Source: Octopus vulgaris (taxonomy: Eukaryota). Taken from it: a DNA stretch of 64,000 nucleotides. This document shows, one piece after another, positions 1 through 14,513 of this stretch. The position numbers and the translations under genes are program-made. Below the pieces are notes generated by a model that worked only from the letters and a program-made list of their open reading frames with translations, did no database searches and had not been told where the DNA came from. Each line of letters starts with the position of its first letter. Position 1 is the first letter of the stretch. The stretch is from positions 7,316,001-7,380,000 of the forward strand of contig OX597822.1 in NCBI GenBank assembly GCA_951406725.2, written 5' to 3'.

Positions 1-1089
1 TAAACCATGTTACTCTCCTATCCCAAGCCATCACATAGATACCAGTGTGTGAATGTTCTTCAGGTATTTGAAGAATCACTAAATATAACTTAAATTTAAT
101 TGTCATGAATATTTAAAAGGTAAAAATGCAATCTTTTTTGGATAATTTGATTTGTGATGTAAAATGAATATGAAATTTTATCGAGCGATGGAATGTAATC
201 ATATTTTTGTGATATTTTTAGATTTTTTAAAATGTAAATTACTGATATTTTTGAAGTATTGTTCGTGTATAAATATTTATAAGAATTAATTTGTATATAG
301 ATTTTGTGATTTAAGTATAAGTAATAGGTTCTTTTTTTTCCTTCTCTGCTGTAGCATATTCAATTTAAAGTCACCCTCACTAAGTGAATTACAGAGGATT
401 TTTGGCTTCGATACCGCTCACCATAAAATACTCATGTAATATACAGACATATTAGTCGTCACATTAAATCATATTATTTTTACGCGTCTGAACATAAATA
501 TTTATCTACTGCTTTGTTTTCCATTATTTATAAGTTTGCTTGTTTCAAACCTATGTTTCGCTTTCGCATTTTTCACTCTATACATTTCTAAGTGTTCTTA
601 TCGAATATCAAATTAAAGGTATGTTGAAATAAACTAATCCGTTTTAATACTCCTTCCCTTATTTTATTACTTTTGTTTTGATTCCGTATTTTTAATAATC
701 ATTTTCTAAATTTATGCGTCGAAGTGTATTTCTGTAGTCATCAGTTTATTAAAAGTTAAGTTTGAGTCAACCTGAATAGTCTTTACATATAGAAGGAAAA
801 TCTTTATACTGAGAACTCATAATAGTGTGTGGAGATTATTAGGAATAATTGGTGTGTGGAAGTAAAAGTATTTCGAGGAATAAAATAGGAAAGATCGATC
901 ATTTACGATGAATTTCTAAAACCATTATTGAGACAGTGAGATGCCAAAACCATTACCATACCGGATAAAATGTTTACCGGCATTTCTTCTGCCTTCACTT
1001 GTTATTAGACATCCCGGCGTTGTTTAACAACTTACCATTTGAGCAATGTTATCGAGGTAATCGACTTCCTTGTCGCATGCATTTCAGGC

Positions 1090-1632
1090 CTTATTTTCGG
1101 TTGCCTTTGCTTCTTTGTTTATTTGTTTGTTCGTGGACAAGATATCTCAAGAACCGCTGGATGGATTCAGATGAAACTTTCAGGGATGTTTGGCTTCGTA
1201 ACTTCCGGCACCGGGCAAAGATTCTGGATTATTTGTGTTATATTTACTTTATTTAGATGACGTTTTGAAATCTTTCTCTGATGATCTCACTTACTTATCT
1301 CCCATATATTATACATTTATATTAAAAATTTACAGTATACTTACATATATACATAATTCCATACATCGATCTAAAACAACAGGAATATTAAACGAAGGTC
1401 GGAACTTAAGAGAAGAGAAAAACAAAAGGGCTCATACTGTTCATTTAGAAACGGACAAGGATTCTGTTTTCATTTTACATAATTTTTGAGAGTGGTCGAG
1501 TTCATTATAAGCATTCCGGTTTCTCAGATCAGTAAGAGTTTATTTAACATATTCTCATTTTAAACATCTCCGGCGAATCGTCGAGAAGACGCTGGTGTTA
1601 CCTTGGCGGAGGTTTGTATTCTCTGAGTGTTA
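1090..1632 (+). mobile_element. HINE/DINE-1-like non-autonomous Helentron-type element, 5' end decayed
   Basis: (TTTG)n run, then GGACAAGATATCTCAAGAACCGCTGGATGGATTCAGATGAAACTTTCAGGGATG core; 3' end CCTTGGCGGAGGTTTGTATTCTCTGAGTGT resembles the HINE subterminal repeat and stem-loop. Confidence 0.55.
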
Positions 1633-2434
1633 TTGTTATTAATATTGTATTTTCAGAGTTTTTATTTGACGTTTTTTGCAGAACGAGAGGAAAAATATCA
1701 TGTCTCCAGGTTGTATGGTGTATATATTTTTCGAGGCTCAAGATTGGGTATGTATACAAGAATAGAATTTTTTAAAATTCTGATATAACATTAGTATTAT
1801 GACTTTATATTGTCAAAAGGAATATTTATTGCGAGGCGATTGTGTTTATAATATGTTACTTATTTTCTTGTCCGCTTGTGACTATATGAGTGATAATAGT
1901 GTTACACGTTCCTTGCACTGCTGGTGTTATATCATTGACTAGGAATTAATTAAACATCATCTGTGTGTAAAACACTTTCTTGTAGAGTCACGCATTGGTA
2001 AAATATGTTGCGGAGTTGAAAATAAGACCCGAATCTTGATAAACGAATGGTGGCAAATGTTTATTTGGCATCATAAAATGTTCATAAGATATACAAATAC
2101 GTATTTTTTGTACGCATAAAAATGTTTCAAAATCACGATAATAAATATCATCAGGAACTATAAAGTGCTTTCTATATTATATATTGCTAGTGAGCTATGT
2201 TAACAGCGGGTATTTGTCGAAATAATTTCTTATGTGTGTAATGCACTAAAAAGATCAAGAATGACAATTGTTTCCATTTGCAGAACTACATAGTCTTGTC
2301 TTGTTCCCTTGGTTTTTGGTTTTCACATGTGAGGTTTGTCTCATTGTCTTCATTTTACAACACTCTTCCTTTCGCTTGTCTCATAATGAAGTGCTGCAAC
2401 ACATCATTGTAATTTTAATTCAATGAAAGTTTGC

Positions 2435-2632
2435 TCTTCTTCTTCTTCTTCTTCTTCTTCTTCTTCTTCTTCTTCTTCTTCTTCTTCCTCCTCATTTCTC
2501 CCTTGCTCCTTCCACCCCTTCCTTCCTTCCTTCCTTCCTTCCTTCCTTCCTTCCACCCCTTCCTTCCCCTTCCTTCCTTCCTTCCTTCCTTCCTCGCTTC
2601 CTTCCTTCCTGTTCTTGTTCTTGTTCTTGTCT
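2435..2632. repeat. compound (TCT)n/(TCCT)n/(TTCTTG)n microsatellite
   Basis: Direct reading; explains the poly-K, poly-S and poly-F ORFs. Confidence 0.95.
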
Positions 2633-4039
2633 TTCTTACACTTCGTAACAGAAATCTATTTTCACCACAATCTCGTTGTAGATATTGTGATCTCTGAAAG
2701 TGTAAGAGACGAGACTGGTCTCGGCTGGATAATAAATCGTAAACTGAATAACCGGAACAAAAAATCGGATGGTAATTTGTCCTAGGTTCAAACGATTCTG
2801 CCAATCCAACTCTGAAGTCAATTATGAACGCCTTTGTAGATAAAAAAACAAAATAGAATAGCCAGCACCTAGGAACAAATACTGCAGTATTAACGCTGGT
2901 AGAGATAGAAGGTAACTGGTCTCCGCAAGAGAGATTGCAGTCATTTAAATATAAAATGAATATACAGCTCTTCTTTTTCCATTCAACAATATATCAATAT
3001 GCAGCACTATATCAAAGGAATATTACTTATAAGATGATCAGCTTAAACAAGAATTATATTAGTTAAATTTAATTAAGAAGATTATTAGGATAACGATTTT
3101 CATTAGGTTAGAATACTGGGGAAATGTCTATAAAATATGATCTGAATAAGGAGTCTACACAAGGAATATATGTCTTTATTTGAAAAGCAAGCGTCAGTGC
3201 TTTAACTCCAGACATGGAAAATGATACCCGTAAAGCTATGAAATCGAATGTGGTCCTCTTCATTAGCATAGAATGGTTTCCACTAGATACCGGTGGGGTA
3301 CGTGACTTTGCTGATTCTGATTAGACTGTATCTATAGTAACCAGGAATAACTACAGTTCATTCGTTACTCATCAACACCCATCTCGTCTGTCCAAGGCAT
3401 TAATAAAAATCGATTCACAAAGTGAAACAGAACCATGTAAAATATCACATAAAGGTTACATAACATTCCCAGAAAGAAGGTAGTGTGTCTAAACAAAAAT
3501 TCTTTATTAGTCTTCAAAATTACTGAGATCGATAAATTATGTTATATTACAACTACAGTATAGCCAGATGTTCGAGGAGTTCTCAATATTATCTCCGGGT
3601 ACCGGATTCATCCTAGTACGAATAATCTACGATAAATGGAGTCTTCTCAGCTTGACAAATTCCTGAAAGTGAAAAAGCGTAGAATAATATTGTACAGAAG
3701 TTTAAATTGTGTGTTGCACCTCTAAGCTTAGAATATACATCATTGTGATGCGTTGTTTCAGTTGTAGTCTGGTCTAGGGTATATATGACTGTGGTATATT
3801 TCACCACTATTAGCTTAATTGAGGACTACGTAATTCATTTGATCGAACAAAGTCAGTGCATTGTGCCGAACACCGGATATCAACTTCATTACGCCATGTA
3901 TGATACTATATACTTTTGTTAAACATGTATTGTAATGCGCATTTCCACGTCAGGTCATTGTTCAAGACAATCAGTTACAAACTTGAAATGATACTGAATA
4001 TATGAAGAAACATAAAACGTACAAAATACACAATTCTCT

Positions 4040-4812
<773 letters not shown>

Positions 4813-5489
4813 CTTTTTCTCGTTCTCTTTATCAATCTGTTATACTCACTGTGTATATATTCGCCCCCTATATTTATAAAATCTTTAATTATATACATTA
4901 CATGAAATCAAACTTCTCATTTAACCCTCCATATATAAGAGACTGAGAGAGTGAGATACAGAGAAATTGAGATAGAGAGAGAAGGATAGATATTGATAAA
5001 TATATATAGTCAGACGCATATGTAGGGAGAGACACAAGTATATATACGCATACACAAACATCCAAATCTTTCTCTCTCTCCCTCGCTGTGCCTCGGTCTG
5101 TGTGTGTGTATATATATATATATATATGTGTGTCTATGTATGAACTTTGTATATTAATATGACGCATAGATGAAAATACAATCCTTTTATCTATAATCTA
5201 TAATACAAATATATTTTTATATATTTTGTTATTCAAAACGGTAGCTTTGAGCATATAACCTTGACTTAGTACGACAGACTTTTCGAAGAAAAATGTTGCT
5301 GCTGCAGGGAACCAGTAAATCATATGTGAATTAATTTCACATATTTCTATGTGTATGTGTGTTTGAGTGTGTGTGTGTGTGTGTATGAGTTTGTGTGTGT
5401 ATAATTTTGGTGTGAGTGCGCGTACGTTTGTATGTGTGTGTGTGGAGGGAAAATGAGATTAAGCTATATCGAAGCAAACAATTAACTAA

Positions 5490-6700
5490 CTGGACGTCAT
5501 TGTCTGGTTATCGTCATGACCTTTAGTGATTGATGCAGAGTTCTAGAATAAATTTTTGTGATAACTCATCTAACACTGATCAATACTTTTCCTTTAATAC
5601 TTCAAATTTAGTTAAACATTTCAGATTGCAGACTGCCGAAAATAATATTGGAAATATGTTGCTTCTCTTCATCATTTCATTCTATATGTACAGCATTGGC
5701 AAAGAAAGGTCAACAAATAGCTCACCTAACGCTATTTTTACATCAGTGAAAAGTTTAAAAACTCTATATATCAGCATTGTATCAGACAGATTATAGAATG
5801 AAATAAAACAATATTTTGCTTATTTCGCAGTTTACTAAAATACGCATCATATGCTTACACTAACTATGTAGAAACATTTCCCCTCCAATAACGCATGATG
5901 GTCACAAATGTGAGAAAGGTCACACTGGGATATCTTCGGAATATTATAAGCTTCTACATGATATTATTTCCACGATATTATTTCAACGATATTATTTCCA
6001 CGAGGCAATGACATGAAATTTCAGCTGCGTTCGTCTTGCTAATGAAGCAGTGAAAATCCGTAGTAGATGCTTAGTAACATACCAAAGCCGAATTTTCTGT
6101 AGCAAGGTGGTTAAAATATTTTGCTTCGTAAGTTCTTTCTCGTCCGATTTCTCTTGCTGGCTACGCAGATTAGTGTCTCGTATTAAAACATCGGAATGAT
6201 CAATATAAGTTGGTAGGCGGACAATGTGTAAGTAAAATCCGATCACACATGCGTTTGAAAATATGTTTGAATGCACATACGCGTACATATATATATATAT
6301 ATAAATATACTTTATTAAATTCACCGGTGAAAGAAACAAAAGTGAAAACAATCATGGTATGTTCGAAGACTTATGTTTCGAATTCCAGTCATCATACAAC
6401 GGTAAAAAAGAAACTTGAAATCAAGAAACAATTGCTAATAATATAGTTATAACTATTTCTAAAGACGTTTTTAGCAAATGCATATATGTGATGTTTCAAT
6501 AAATATTCATGTAGAGTAGGAATGAGAACTGATATCGCGACGATTGAAACGTTTGCCTTCTGAAGAATGCGTTCCGTGCACTCTAGAAGCTGAGACAAGT
6601 GGAGAAATTTGAGTATCACGGAATCGTAATCGCCTCTGATATTATGAAGGATGTTTACTAGGATGCTAGAATTGATGTTGCTGGTAAAGTAATGCAAAAT
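5490..6700 (-). pseudogene. possible highly decayed hAT-like transposase C-terminal remnant
   Basis: Minus-strand translation LFTDVKIALGELFVDLS...VLKEKY*SVLDELSQK loosely resembles the hAT dimerisation region (LFPNVEIALRLFLTLP...IIDEFA); LHLSQLLECTERILQKANVSI lies upstream; many stops; weak similarity. Confidence 0.3.
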
Positions 6701-7689
6701 TCAATCCTTGCAACAGGGGAGCTTTAAACAAATGCTAAACGTTCGGTTTCGGTGTCTATCGTCACATAGTTATGAAAGTTGGGCAATGATCGAATGAATA
6801 AGATTGCGAAAGGATGCGACAAAAACTGTGTTCATCTCAAAGATATCAAGTGTAAGGTTATATTACTTGGTTTGTAGCTCGGGGGTCATGGAGTCGCCCC
6901 ATTTCGCGCCGATACTTCTCCACATTGAGTGATCACTGTTCCGTTACTAAGGACAAGAAATCGCAGGACCGATGTTTCAAACAGAGCCAACTGCCAGGCA
7001 TGCTGTGCGTAAACAAAAACCGAGATAGATGGATAACTGCTGCAGTTTCAGTTGATCATGCTGAAAATACAGTCAGAAAGTCTATTAACGATCGCTTCTA
7101 GTTGGGCACTCCTGGACATTCCCAGAGATAGTGAGCGGATAATATGGTTATTTAGATGGATGAATGCATGAATATATTTTAATATATGAGTAATATCATT
7201 TAATACTAACCCTAAAATAGTTCATTCAACGCCTGGCATATTATCTATAGCGTCATACCGTCAGAGAAAACATTTGCTATTTTGCTTCAATGTACTCTGA
7301 TCAAATCTAAATATAATGAAAACCCATAAAAGTGTCTTTAGTTTACTTTTTCTAGAACTTTTTATACAATGTAAATGTCTTATAAGTTGCTGCATGTAGA
7401 CTGAGCATTATTCGGCAAGTATTTCTATCCGCTCGAGTGGCAGTAAGGTAACTGTTCATTTGTTAATAGTTCAATAATATCCTATATAAAGTTGTCATGT
7501 AATTCTATGGGATCATTCAGTGACACTCTTAGATAATTCGTAGCTTATCTAAGTCTATAATGCGTCCATCTTCATTGCCATATTTAGCAGATTATATGCT
7601 CATTTACAGGATTTCTAGTTGACTCATAACAGGTCCTAAGATAATGATTGTATTGGTGGGATATCTGACGCTGATTCATATTTATGTTG

Positions 7690-7972
7690 AAACGAGGATG
7701 AAGTGATGATGATGGTGATAACAATAGTGAGGAGGATGATGATGAGAGGATGTAGATGTGTATCACCCTGATGATCATGGTCATGACAACAATGGCTTGT
7801 AGTGGCTGATGTTGATTACTGGGAATATGATATCGCGACCACGCTATTAATGATGGGCGATGAAGTTCATAGAGACGATGATATTGATGATGATGATGAT
7901 GACGATGTCTATAATGATGATGGCGACGACGACGACGACGATGATGATGTTGTCTACGTGTACGATGACGAT
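7690..7972. repeat. degenerate (GAT/GAC)n low-complexity tract, homologous to 17085-17450
   Basis: Both tracts are preceded by CATTTACAGGA...TTGAAACGAGGA. Confidence 0.75.
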
Positions 7973-9049
7973 TTACAACTCACTTAATTCGATACGTAAC
8001 TGTTTTATGCCTTTTACAGATATAAATCACTACAGTTATTTTCTGTCATGATTTTATATTTAAAGTCCTTTACTGACGCGTCTGTTTAAAGAGTTATTTA
8101 GTGACCACCAATTGTTCTGGTGACAGGAAAACAGCTATATATTGTCATTTACTATCATTAAAAAGACAGTATTACAATACATCACGTGTAGGAATCCAAG
8201 AAAATTCTATTTTCTTCCATTTGGTATGACGGATGACTTCTCTTCAAAGTTTAGTTGAAGTATGTCAATAAAGTTGTTTAGAAATATAATGAGCGAAGTG
8301 GCTTGAAAAGTGTGATTATATATTATATTATTTGCTTTCATACGCTGGGGAATATAAACTTAGCCAAGGCTACTACATGTTGATACATGGTACAGAAAAA
8401 GCATTAAGGGATCTTATATTTACGATATAGAATTTATCTGACTAGCAAAGTCGATGAAAATCTACTATAATATTCTTTAGTGATTCCAAATTTGCTGATA
8501 CTTAACACTCTCTTAATACCTCCATGTTTAAAATACCTGTCTTGTGGAGGAAGACTCAGAGAAAGAAAGATATATAAAGAAAGAAAGAATCAATTATAGT
8601 GAAAAATGAAATCCAGAGAAAATGAACCACTGATGTGTTTGATATGTGAATACGAAGAGTGAACTTTGCTTAGCAGATCGACCACTAAATAATTGTCCAT
8701 TGCATTAATTTTTTGTTTTTTGTTTTTAAAGAACAGCATATTATACTTAGATTTCTGTAAAGGCTATGACAATCAATACACAATCAAAATAAAGAAAGAT
8801 ATAAGCTCGCTGTCTACAGCGTAATATTACTGTCAATCATTCTTCTCCCATGACCAGGACTTTCTAAGATTATTCTAAATCTGCAAATAATAAAAGCCAA
8901 TATTTTTCCGAGTCCGAGAATCTTGCACAAAACGTCCTTCATATTCATAGACACGTCATGTGGATGAAATGTTGCCTGTACATATTGATGTATCATTACA
9001 GGTGATCGTTGTAAATATTAAAGATAGAATTTTATTGGACATTTTTATA

Positions 9050-9745
9050 TCAGGCTGAGTAAAAACTAAGCAATGTTTTGGAACATGAAATTCATCACAA
9101 TATATTTCAACAATGCGGAAATTATATTCATCAAAGTAAGTACCATTACAATCAACACATTTTTGTCAACCAGTTACGAGTTTGTATATGTCGGTCACAT
9201 GAAAATTTGGAGTTCTGGTGTTGATGAACTCTTTGAATCCACTTTCAACATCGGTTTGATTTTTGAACTCCTCTGTCAGAAAACCATCAAAATGCTTGAA
9301 AATGTGGTAGTTGGTAGGAGAAAGGCCCGTGGAATGAGCTGGGTGGGGAAGATATTCGTAGCGAAGTTTCCCCAACTTTTGAAGCGTCATTAGGGAAAGG
9401 CATGGTCGGGCTCTGTCATTAAGAATGATTGGCCCTATTCACTTGACCAGTCTGGACGAATGAGTAACAGTTTTTCGTTTATTTTGGCAGTTTCATGGCA
9501 ATATGTTTCTGTAGTAATGGTTTTCCTGGGTTTTAAGAAGTTATAGTGAATAAGTCCAGCAGAACACCACCGAACAGTACCCATGATATTATTTTTGAAG
9601 AGCTCGAGTTTAGGGGGCGATTTCGGTATTTCGTGTTGGTCCAACCACTGCGAAGAAGGTTTTTGTGAATTCACTTTTCATCACAAGTTACAATACGGTC
9701 GAAATAGATTCTTGTGGTTACTGCTATCAACAGCCGCATATACTC
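9050..9745 (-). mobile_element. mariner (DD34D) transposase remnant, C-terminal half plus 3' TIR
   Basis: SQWLDQHEIPKSPPK...GTVRWCSAGLIHYNFLKPRKTITTETYC and LPHPAHSTGLSPTNYHIFKHFDGFL (equivalent to LPHPPYSPDLAPSDY); TA-TCAGGCTGAGTAAAAA terminus at 9048-9065; frameshifted. Confidence 0.9.
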
Positions 9746-9764
9746 AGATAGTACATAAATGCAA

Positions 9765-9816
<52 letters not shown>

Positions 9817-9822
<6 letters not shown>

Positions 9823-10249
9823 AAACAAGTCAAGATAGAAAATGCTAAAATAATTTTATAAAGAACACTTCAGTACCGGTTTTAGTCATTTTGAGACCTT
9901 TTCAATTGTAACGATTAAATAATTAAATTTAGAAGAATTAAAAGAAACGTGTTTTTAAAAGAATATTTGTATGACGTTCAAATAGAAGTGGCATTTCCCT
10001 TCTTTCTCCTTAGACAGAGAAAGGCAGAAACAAGGAAAATGCCACTTATATTTGAACACTATACAAATATTCCTTTAAAAAAACTTTTCTTTTAAGTTTT
10101 TTCTAAATTTAATTATCTAATTGTTACTGTTGAAAAGGTCTCAAAATGACTGAAACCGGTTCTGAAGTTTTCTTTATAAACTTATTTTAGCATTTTCTAT
10201 CTTGACTTTTTTTTCATATGTATCAACTCGTGTGTTCCTTTTCATCCTT

Positions 10250-10250
<1 letters not shown>
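9817..10250. mobile_element. ~400-bp fold-back element (inverted PLE pseudo-LTR-like) inserted in (TA)n
   Basis: 9817-~10010 is the imperfect reverse complement of ~10020-10217; each arm has a variant hammerhead-like motif; short unpaired tail at 10218-10250. Confidence 0.7.
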
Positions 10251-10300
<50 letters not shown>

Positions 10301-10543
10301 ACATACTATATACTTTAAACTTACATATACGAACGTATACATACATACATATGCATGTATGTACATCACCAATTTAAACTGGTTTAAATGGCTATGATAT
10401 AAAGAAATCTTGCTTTTCTTCCCTTTTTATTCAACAATGCTGCTGATTGAAGAAATTTATCCAGAAGATGTTGTACGCGTTTCAGCAAGATTCTGCTCCG
10501 TCTCGTATATTAGATACATTGATATACATATACCTATGTGTGA

Positions 10544-10623
<80 letters not shown>

Positions 10624-11756
10624 GTATATGTATATCTATGTATCTAACTATGGACATATGTGTTTGTATGTGTATGCGCATGCGTGTGTGTATGCCCGTG
10701 TTCCTGCGCGCATATTGAATATCTAGGCGACTGAATGGTGCGCATTTAAGTATTTTTGCATGTGAACAGCCAATAGTGTACCTTGACATGTTATTTTCTT
10801 GTGTTTTTTTTACTACAGGATTATTGAAGAACGTATGCATTACCACACACAAAAACGGAATACGCCTCTGGTTGGGTAGCGTTTTGCAATCCAATTATGG
10901 ATAGAATTATGGATTTTCCATACATCGGAAATATTCAAGACAAAAGAATAATGGATGGCAGAGAAACCCCTTACAGCAATCTATGTAACTTTTCCGATTA
11001 TGAAATTATCGTACCAGAAAAAATATTATGCGGTCCATTAAGAATAATTTGTACTATATACGAATATGATATTAAATACCACATCTGTTATTTCCTAACT
11101 GATCCTGATAATATAATACGTATGTATGAATATTTTACTTGAAATTTTATTTGGGTGTTTTCCTGCCCCGAATTCAAGGCAGTCACTAGCAAAGTAACAA
11201 AGCAAATAATAAAGGCATTATGTTTGAGTTACTTCACCGTGATTTTTGATCGTACTATGCAGTTAGTGGATGTATATATACATATGAGTACGTGGATAAG
11301 CTACGACATGTAACGTGTATACATATAGTTCTAGTGGCCAAGTACGCTCACGTGTTTTACTACTGTTTATGTATGTATGACAAGTACCCCCAAAAAGTCA
11401 AGTCTCCGTGGTATTTCGCAGATTATGATTATTATTGTACTTTGAATCAATTTGCTTCGAAGATGCAAATTGCATTTCTCTGTTGTTCCATGGAGAGCCT
11501 CAGAATTTCTACAATGTTATGAAAATGTTTTGTTAGATATCTTAGTGCCACTAGAAATGGATATATACATCACACTGATTAAATGTGTGTCGGTGTGAGC
11601 ATAAGATAAAAATAATGCAAAGAAGACAAAAATGATATTCTTTTCTACTCTAGGCACAATGTCCGAAATTTTGGGGCCAGACGATTAGATCGACCCCAGT
11701 ACGCTACTGGTACTTAATTTATCGACACCGAAAAATTGAAACATAAAGTCGACCTC

Positions 11757-11875
11757 ATTTCTATATTTAAGAGATGAAGAATTATGTACATTATTTATAT
11801 CATGTGGCGTAGTAGTTGTTAAAAGCGCGGGCTACTGACCCCACGATTTTGAGTTCGATTAAAGGCAGTGACCCA

Positions 11876-11950
<75 letters not shown>

Positions 11951-12093
11951 ATCGAAAAATATCGCAGGAATGAGAACCCAGGTTCGAAATTTCCCCGAGA
12001 CACTTCATGAAGGCTGGAGGGTGTATCAGCCGAAACGTTGTGTTAACAACAAACACGATGTGAACAAATATCCGTCAAATATAAATAATGTAA
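11757..12093 (+). mobile_element. tRNA-headed non-autonomous retroelement with hammerhead-bearing PLE-type 3' end
   Basis: A-box TGGCGTAGTAG (11805), B-box-like GAGTTCGATT (11851), (AAT)n, hammerhead-like motif at 11999-12044, inverted tail at 11757-11797, 14-bp TSD. Confidence 0.75.
11999..12044 (+). ncRNA. minimal type I hammerhead ribozyme motif, core mutated
   Basis: GACAC-TTCATGA-A-GGCTG(loop)CAGCC-GAAAC-GTT-GTGTT; stem I GACAC/GTGTT and stem II intact; core reads TTCATGA where the 60192 copy has CTGATGA. Confidence 0.65.
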
Positions 12094-12565
12094 ATAAAGT
12101 CGACCTCGACGGAATTGGTATTCAGAACTCAAAAACAGATTAAATACAGCTAAGCATTTTGCCCGGCGTGCTAACGTTTCTGCCAGCTCGCCGCCTGAAT
12201 ACAAGTAAGATATTAACCTAGGAGGCGACAAACATATTAAACACGCATACAAGGTAAAAAAAAAAAGAAGAAAACAAGTGACTGAAATGTGGAGAAATAT
12301 AAAGTGTTAAACAAAAATGGAGCAAATATACAAGTAAAGTTTATATACTGGGGACAAATGGCAAGATTAAGAAAAAAAAAGACAGAAATTGCACGAAACT
12401 GAATTAAAGAGAAATATTTACGTCAAAGATTTCTTGTAAAGTTGAAAGTATCTACTAAACTAGAAATTCTGAGAGCGGTGGCCGAATTTGGATCAATATA
12501 AGAATGAAAGTGGATGTCGGAGAGAGAAAGAGAGCAAGCGGGGGAGATAAAGAAGAGACAGAGTG

Positions 12566-12614
<49 letters not shown>

Positions 12615-12699
12615 AGAGATGGTGGGTAGAAACGTAAAAGAATGAATCACAGAAAAGTAAAAAAAGACTTTGAGATATACCGAGCCATTGCGTATATAT

Positions 12700-12882
12700 T
12701 AACCCCCTGGACGGGACGCTGGTCCGTCGCAGGATTCCTCAGGTTTGCCAGCTGAGTGGACTGGAGCGACTTGAAATCAAGTGCTTTGCTCGATAACACA
12801 ACGCGACTTCCGTTTCGGGATTCCAAACCACAATCTTACAATCATGAGCCCAACACCCGAACTGCTAAGACACGCACCTCCA
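12700..12882 (-). mobile_element. tRNA-derived CORE-like SINE family D, degenerate
   Basis: Reverse complement resembles 39251-39390 (tRNA head, AAGCACTTGATTTCAAGTCGCTCCAGTCCACTCAGCTGGCAAA). Confidence 0.7.
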
Positions 12883-13502
12883 AACTGAGTGCCAGTGGGA
12901 AAAAATGCTAGGGAAAAAAAATTAAAAAGGGGTAGAGTGGGGAACCCTCAATACCGGAAGGGTGCAGCTGTTTAAGTTTGTAATAGTTTCATTTCCGTAA
13001 TTTTTTATTTGGATTTGATCAGCGTCAAGGAAAAAAGTAAGTATTTAGGTAAATGTTGAATTGTGATACCTGCAATATAAAGCATCTACAGAAGTAAATG
13101 AATATGTAAATACGTATAGAGACGCAGAGACACGCAGACACACATATCCTCATTAGAGTGTATGCTAATGAATTTGCCTGATGTTATAAATTATGTAATG
13201 GTAAAGATGTACAGGTTTAATGTGAGGTGGATGAAGAGTAACATATGGCAAATATTTATGTTTAGTGAGTTACTGTGTGAACAAATATGTATATATAAGT
13301 GTTTTATAATCGATTACCTGATTGCCACCAGTACACGTCTTGTGGTATAATTAATTTTGTTGTACTCATTTCTTCTCTCTTTATACATTCGTTCAGAAAT
13401 AATGTCAGGTTTTCATTTCGTGTTTTACTTGACAGCATTCATGTATACCTTTATCTAATAGTCTCTGATTCAGTTAATAGTTCTTGTTGCTTTCTTATTT
13501 TT

Positions 13503-13504
<2 letters not shown>

Positions 13505-13601
<97 letters not shown>

Positions 13602-13602
13602 C

Positions 13603-13645
<43 letters not shown>

Positions 13646-13662
13646 CCTATCTAACTATCTAT
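13505..13662. repeat. (TCTA)n microsatellite
   Basis: Direct reading. Confidence 0.95.
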
Positions 13663-13681
13663 ATCTTATGTTAGATTTATT

Positions 13682-13712
<31 letters not shown>

Positions 13713-14513
13713 CAATTAAAATATTCGTTGCAGTGTAATTATGCATATACATATTCTTACATCAGAATACACAGAGTTAATTTATCGCAGAAGCTTGCTA
13801 CCTGTCAATTACAACACCACAATCTTTTATTGCTATTGTTGATTCCTTTTTAATTAAACATCATAAAGCCCTCGGATGTTGTTGTGCAGGCGTTGATCAA
13901 ATTCTGCAATAGTCCAGAATACATGAAATATGACATGAAAAGATTCATATATCTGTGGCACTGTTTGTCATATGTTTTTATATACATACACCAGGTATCC
14001 ATACATATATATGTACAGCTATAGACATACAGACACGCACACATGCACACACTAATATGTATATGATATATATTCTTTTATTTTATTATTTGTTTCAATC
14101 ATTTGACTGCGTCCATCCTGGACCATATGTATGTAGATATTGTTGACAGATGAGATCCAGATATTCTCCGTAGAGAAGTTACTTACTAGAGCCCAAAAGA
14201 TTCAAACTTACAATCCGATGTCTTTACAGCGGTTCGTAACGCGGCCTACTGAAAGGCAATAAGACACATCAGGTTGAGCTAGTATAGAAGCAATTATGTG
14301 GATAAGCAAATGAGATACATCAAATATATTAAAAACATTAAGTACAATACATAATATGTACACATGCAAAACGTGAGAAGGGCGGAAACCTTTAGATGAT
14401 GAATGAATTTATATGTATATGTATATGTGTATATATATATATATATAATTTTTCCAAAACAGTTTATCAGTGGTCAGTTTATTAAAATACCTTTTAAAAT
14501 GAAAATTATAAAT

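Larger units (their letters stand above)
11640..12196 (-). mobile_element. tRNA-derived SINE family A (Meta-domain-like), split by an insertion at 11757-12093
   Basis: Head GGCGGCGAGCTGGCAGAAACGTTAGC at the 12196 end; 3' part at 11640-11756; ATAAAGTCGACCTC duplicated at 11743-11756 and 12094-12107. Confidence 0.85.

Noticed and set aside
7802-7987. Asp-rich acidic (biomineral-like) protein ORF
   Set aside because: Short frame over a degenerate (GAT)n tract; the homologous tract at 17.1-17.4 kb does not keep the frame; no signal peptide or clear splice context
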